DNA of 64,000 nucleotides from an uncultured Actinomycetota bacterium (GTDB lineage Bacteria; Actinomycetota; Humimicrobiia; Humimicrobiales; Humimicrobiaceae): NCBI GenBank assembly GCA_964556165.1, contig CAZKVH010000005.1, positions 1,269 to 65,268 of the forward strand, read 5' to 3'. Shown piece by piece: positions 61,641 to 64,000 of this stretch (position 1 is its first letter; each line of letters starts with the position of its first letter). The notes under the pieces were generated by a model. It saw only the letters and a program-made list of their open reading frames with translations, ran no database searches and was not told where the DNA came from. The position numbers and the translations under genes were made by a program.

Positions 61641-63092
61641 TCAACCTATTTTTTTTCTTATAATTTCGTTTACAAGATAAGGATTTGCCTTGCCTCCGGT
61701 CTTAGCCATAATTCTGCCTATCAAAAAACCGATGGCCTTTTCATTCCCGCCCTTAAGCTCCTCCACCGGGCCGGGATTTTCTTTTATCACATCGTCTATA
61801 ACCGGTTCAAGAAGCGACTCATCGCTTATCTGCTCCAGTCCTCTGTTTTTAATTATGATGTCAGGGTCTTTTCCCGTGTTAAACATCTCCTCAAATACTG
61901 ATTTTGCTATTTTGGAGCTAATTTTGCCCTCATCTATTATATTCAGCATTTTGCACAGGTTTTCAGGAGTTACCCTGTTGTCTCTTATTGTTATTTTCTC
62001 TTTGTTTAAAAGCGCACTAAAGTCACCCATTATCCAGTTGGCTACTCTCTTGGGTTTGCCGTAACACTTACAGCATTCCTCAAAATAATCCGCCATGTCT
62101 TTATCTGATGTCATAAATCTGCAGTCGTCATCCGAAAGCCCGTACTCGCTTTTAAATCTTTTAATTTTTTCAGACGGCAGCTCAGGAATCGTTTTTCTGA
62201 TTTTTTCAATCTCTTCACCTTCCAGGTAAATGGGGACAAGGTCAGGTTCCGGAAAATATCTATAATCATGGGCTTCTTCCTTGGAACGCAGGGCTTTGGT
62301 AGTCCCCGTTTTACTGTCATAATGCCTCGTTTGCTGGATAACTTTTCCTTTTGATTCCAGTATTTTAATCTGCCTTTTTACCTCGTATTCCAGCCCTTTC
62401 TGAAGAAACTTAAAAGAATTCAGGTTCTTAATCTCTGTTTTTACCCCGGCTTTGCCCTTGCTGGTTACAGAAACGTTAGCATCACAGCGGAGGCTTCCCT
62501 CCTCCATGCTGCAATTGCTCACATCAAGAAAAAGGATTAAATTTCTCAGCCTTACCATATATTCCTTAGCTTCTTCGGGAGACTTTATGTCAGGTTCGGT
62601 TACTATTTCTATCAGGGGGGTCCCAGCTCTGTTAAAATCAACTATGCTTGCTTCGGACTCGCTTATCCTTCCTGTTGTCCCGGTATGAAGCAGCTTGCCG
62701 GTATCCTCTTCCATATGCACCCTGGTTATCCCTACCCTTCTTACATAACTTCCCATATCTATATCAAGGTAACCTTTCACTCCCAGTGGGACATCATACT
62801 GAGAAATCTGGTAGTTCTTGGGCATATCGGGATAAAAATAGTTCTTCCTGTGGAAGATAGTATAGTTATTAATCTTACAATTTAATGCCAGGGCTATTTT
62901 AAGTGCATACTCAACCGCTTTTCTGTTGGTAACCGGAAGCGAACCGGGATGGCCCAGACAGACCGGGCAGGTATTTATGTTTTTATCCTCGCCAAATGAA
63001 AGCCTGCATCCGCAGAACATCTTTGTTTCAGTATTCAGCTCCACATGGGTTTCGAGCCCTATAACTGTCTGGTATTCATTCTCTTTTTCCAT
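61641..63092 (-). CDS. gatB: Asp-tRNA(Asn)/Glu-tRNA(Gln) amidotransferase subunit B
   Basis: 483 aa with GatB conserved blocks and a C-terminal YqeY-like domain. Confidence 0.95.
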   Translation of the reverse strand: MEKENEYQTVIGLETHVELNTETKMFCGCRLSFGEDKNINTCPVCLGHPGSLPVTNRKAVEYALKIALALNCKINNYTIFHRKNYFYPDMPKNYQISQYDVPLGVKGYLDIDMGSYVRRVGITRVHMEEDTGKLLHTGTTGRISESEASIVDFNRAGTPLIEIVTEPDIKSPEEAKEYMVRLRNLILFLDVSNCSMEEGSLRCDANVSVTSKGKAGVKTEIKNLNSFKFLQKGLEYEVKRQIKILESKGKVIQQTRHYDSKTGTTKALRSKEEAHDYRYFPEPDLVPIYLEGEEIEKIRKTIPELPSEKIKRFKSEYGLSDDDCRFMTSDKDMADYFEECCKCYGKPKRVANWIMGDFSALLNKEKITIRDNRVTPENLCKMLNIIDEGKISSKIAKSVFEEMFNTGKDPDIIIKNRGLEQISDESLLEPVIDDVIKENPGPVEELKGGNEKAIGFLIGRIMAKTGGKANPYLVNEIIRKKIG

Positions 63093-63146
63093 AAACTATT
63101 TTTAATTCTTTTTATAAAAAAATAATTTCTAAAATTAATAACCCAA

Positions 63147-64000
63147 TCATAAGTCGGGCTTTTCTTTAAAACCGATTGCCTTTTCCAGGCTGTATGCTGT
63201 CCTTAAAACGTTATCTTCCCTGAGTATGTCCCCTATAATCTGTACGCCTATAGGCAGCCCGTCGGCTGAAAGGCCCGCCGGAATAGAGATTGCAGGAAGT
63301 CCTGCGAGGTTGACCGGAATCGTACAGATATCCGAAAGATACATTGTCAGGGGGTCATCCATCCTTTCACCGATTTTAAAAGCAGTGGTGGGCGACGTGG
63401 GAGAAAGCAGAACATCAAATCTGGAAAAAGCCTTCTTGAAATCATTTATGATAATGGTCCTTACCCTGCTTGCTTTCTCATAATACGCATCATAATATCC
63501 GGCTGAAAGGCAGTAAGTTCCTATCATTATTCTTCTTTTAACCTCCTCGCCAAAACCTTCGGACCTGCTTTTCCTATACATCTCCCTTAAGGTCCCGGCA
63601 TTAGCATTCCTGTAGCCGTACCTTACTCCGTCAAAACGCGAGAGGTTCGAGCTTGCCTCGGAAGGAGCAATTATATAGTAAACGCTTAAAGCATGCTTTA
63701 AGCTCGGGAGTGATATCTCCTCAACTTCGGCTCCCATATCCTGTGCCATCTTAACGACATTTAAAACTTTGTCCCTGACCTCACTGTCAATGCCCTCAAC
63801 CATAAGCTCTTTCGGAACTCCTATCTTGAGGCCTTTTATGTCGGGAATCAGAAATTTCTTATAATCCGGAACTTCCTTGTTTATTGATGTAGAATCATTT
63901 TCGTCGTGCCCTGATATTACGTTAAGCACCATAGCACAATCCTCAACATCCCTTGTAAGCGGACCTATCTGGTCAAGGCTGGAAGCAAAAGCAACAAGCC
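63147..64000 (-). CDS. gatA: Glu-tRNA(Gln) amidotransferase subunit A (C-terminal part; gene continues past window end)
   Basis: Frame stays open upstream of the annotated Met to position 64000 (..[30 protein letters not shown]). Amidase-signature family. Confidence 0.9.
   Translation of the reverse strand, partial: LVAFASSLDQIGPLTRDVEDCAMVLNVISGHDENDSTSINKEVPDYKKFLIPDIKGLKIGVPKELMVEGIDSEVRDKVLNVVKMAQDMGAEVEEISLPSLKHALSVYYIIAPSEASSNLSRFDGVRYGYRNANAGTLREMYRKSRSEGFGEEVKRRIMIGTYCLSAGYYDAYYEKASRVRTIIINDFKKAFSRFDVLLSPTSPTTAFKIGERMDDPLTMYLSDICTIPVNLAGLPAISIPAGLSADGLPIGVQIIGDILREDNVLRTAYSLEKAIGFKEKPDL

Overview
AT-rich (roughly low-30s % GC by eye) bacterial chromosomal window with Firmicutes/Clostridia-like synteny. 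Nearly everything is on the minus strand: dnaG (partial), ppdK, glyS, glyQ, recO, deoC, era, GNAT, ybeY, 7TM-HD (yqfF), phoH, HIT, then mtaB, rsmE, dnaJ, hrcA. A short plus-strand block follows: a TPP riboswitch driving thiE-thiC-thiL, and an M29 aminopeptidase. Then back on the minus strand: pcrA, DAHP synthase, chorismate mutase, guaA, guaB-like, plsY, groEL/groES with a CIRCE operator, tsaD/tsaB/tsaE and a family-4 UDG. Between UDG (40.4 kb) and a HAD hydrolase (53.5 kb) lies an apparent accessory island. It holds a lipoprotein, a HigB/HigA toxin-antitoxin pair and a complete secretin-less Tad/Flp pilus locus: a 56-aa Flp pilin missed by the ORF track, tadC, tadB, tadA/cpaF, two CpaE-like ATPases (one with a degenerate Walker A plus a receiver-like N-domain), cpaB, two TadE-like pseudopilins, and an inserted Trp/Tyr-rich tandem-repeat secreted protein plus an acidic membrane protein. 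The island also holds a divergent Phd/YefM-like regulator and a stand-alone gene encoding a TIR-like N-domain fused to an unknown C-terminal domain. The window ends with a CBS protein, a CPA-type antiporter, DUF89, a membrane-anchored poly-Glu/PKD surface protein, an aldo-keto reductase, a probable PPi-dependent phosphofructokinase (matching ppdK), gatB and gatA (partial). No rRNA, tRNA, CRISPR, transposase or integrase was recognised. Other points: a 3' remnant of a GH38-like hydrolase gene, hrcA directly abutting dnaJ with no grpE-dnaK, a CIRCE only at groES, and a lipoprotein HExxH metallopeptidase sitting in the conserved ybeY-era cluster.
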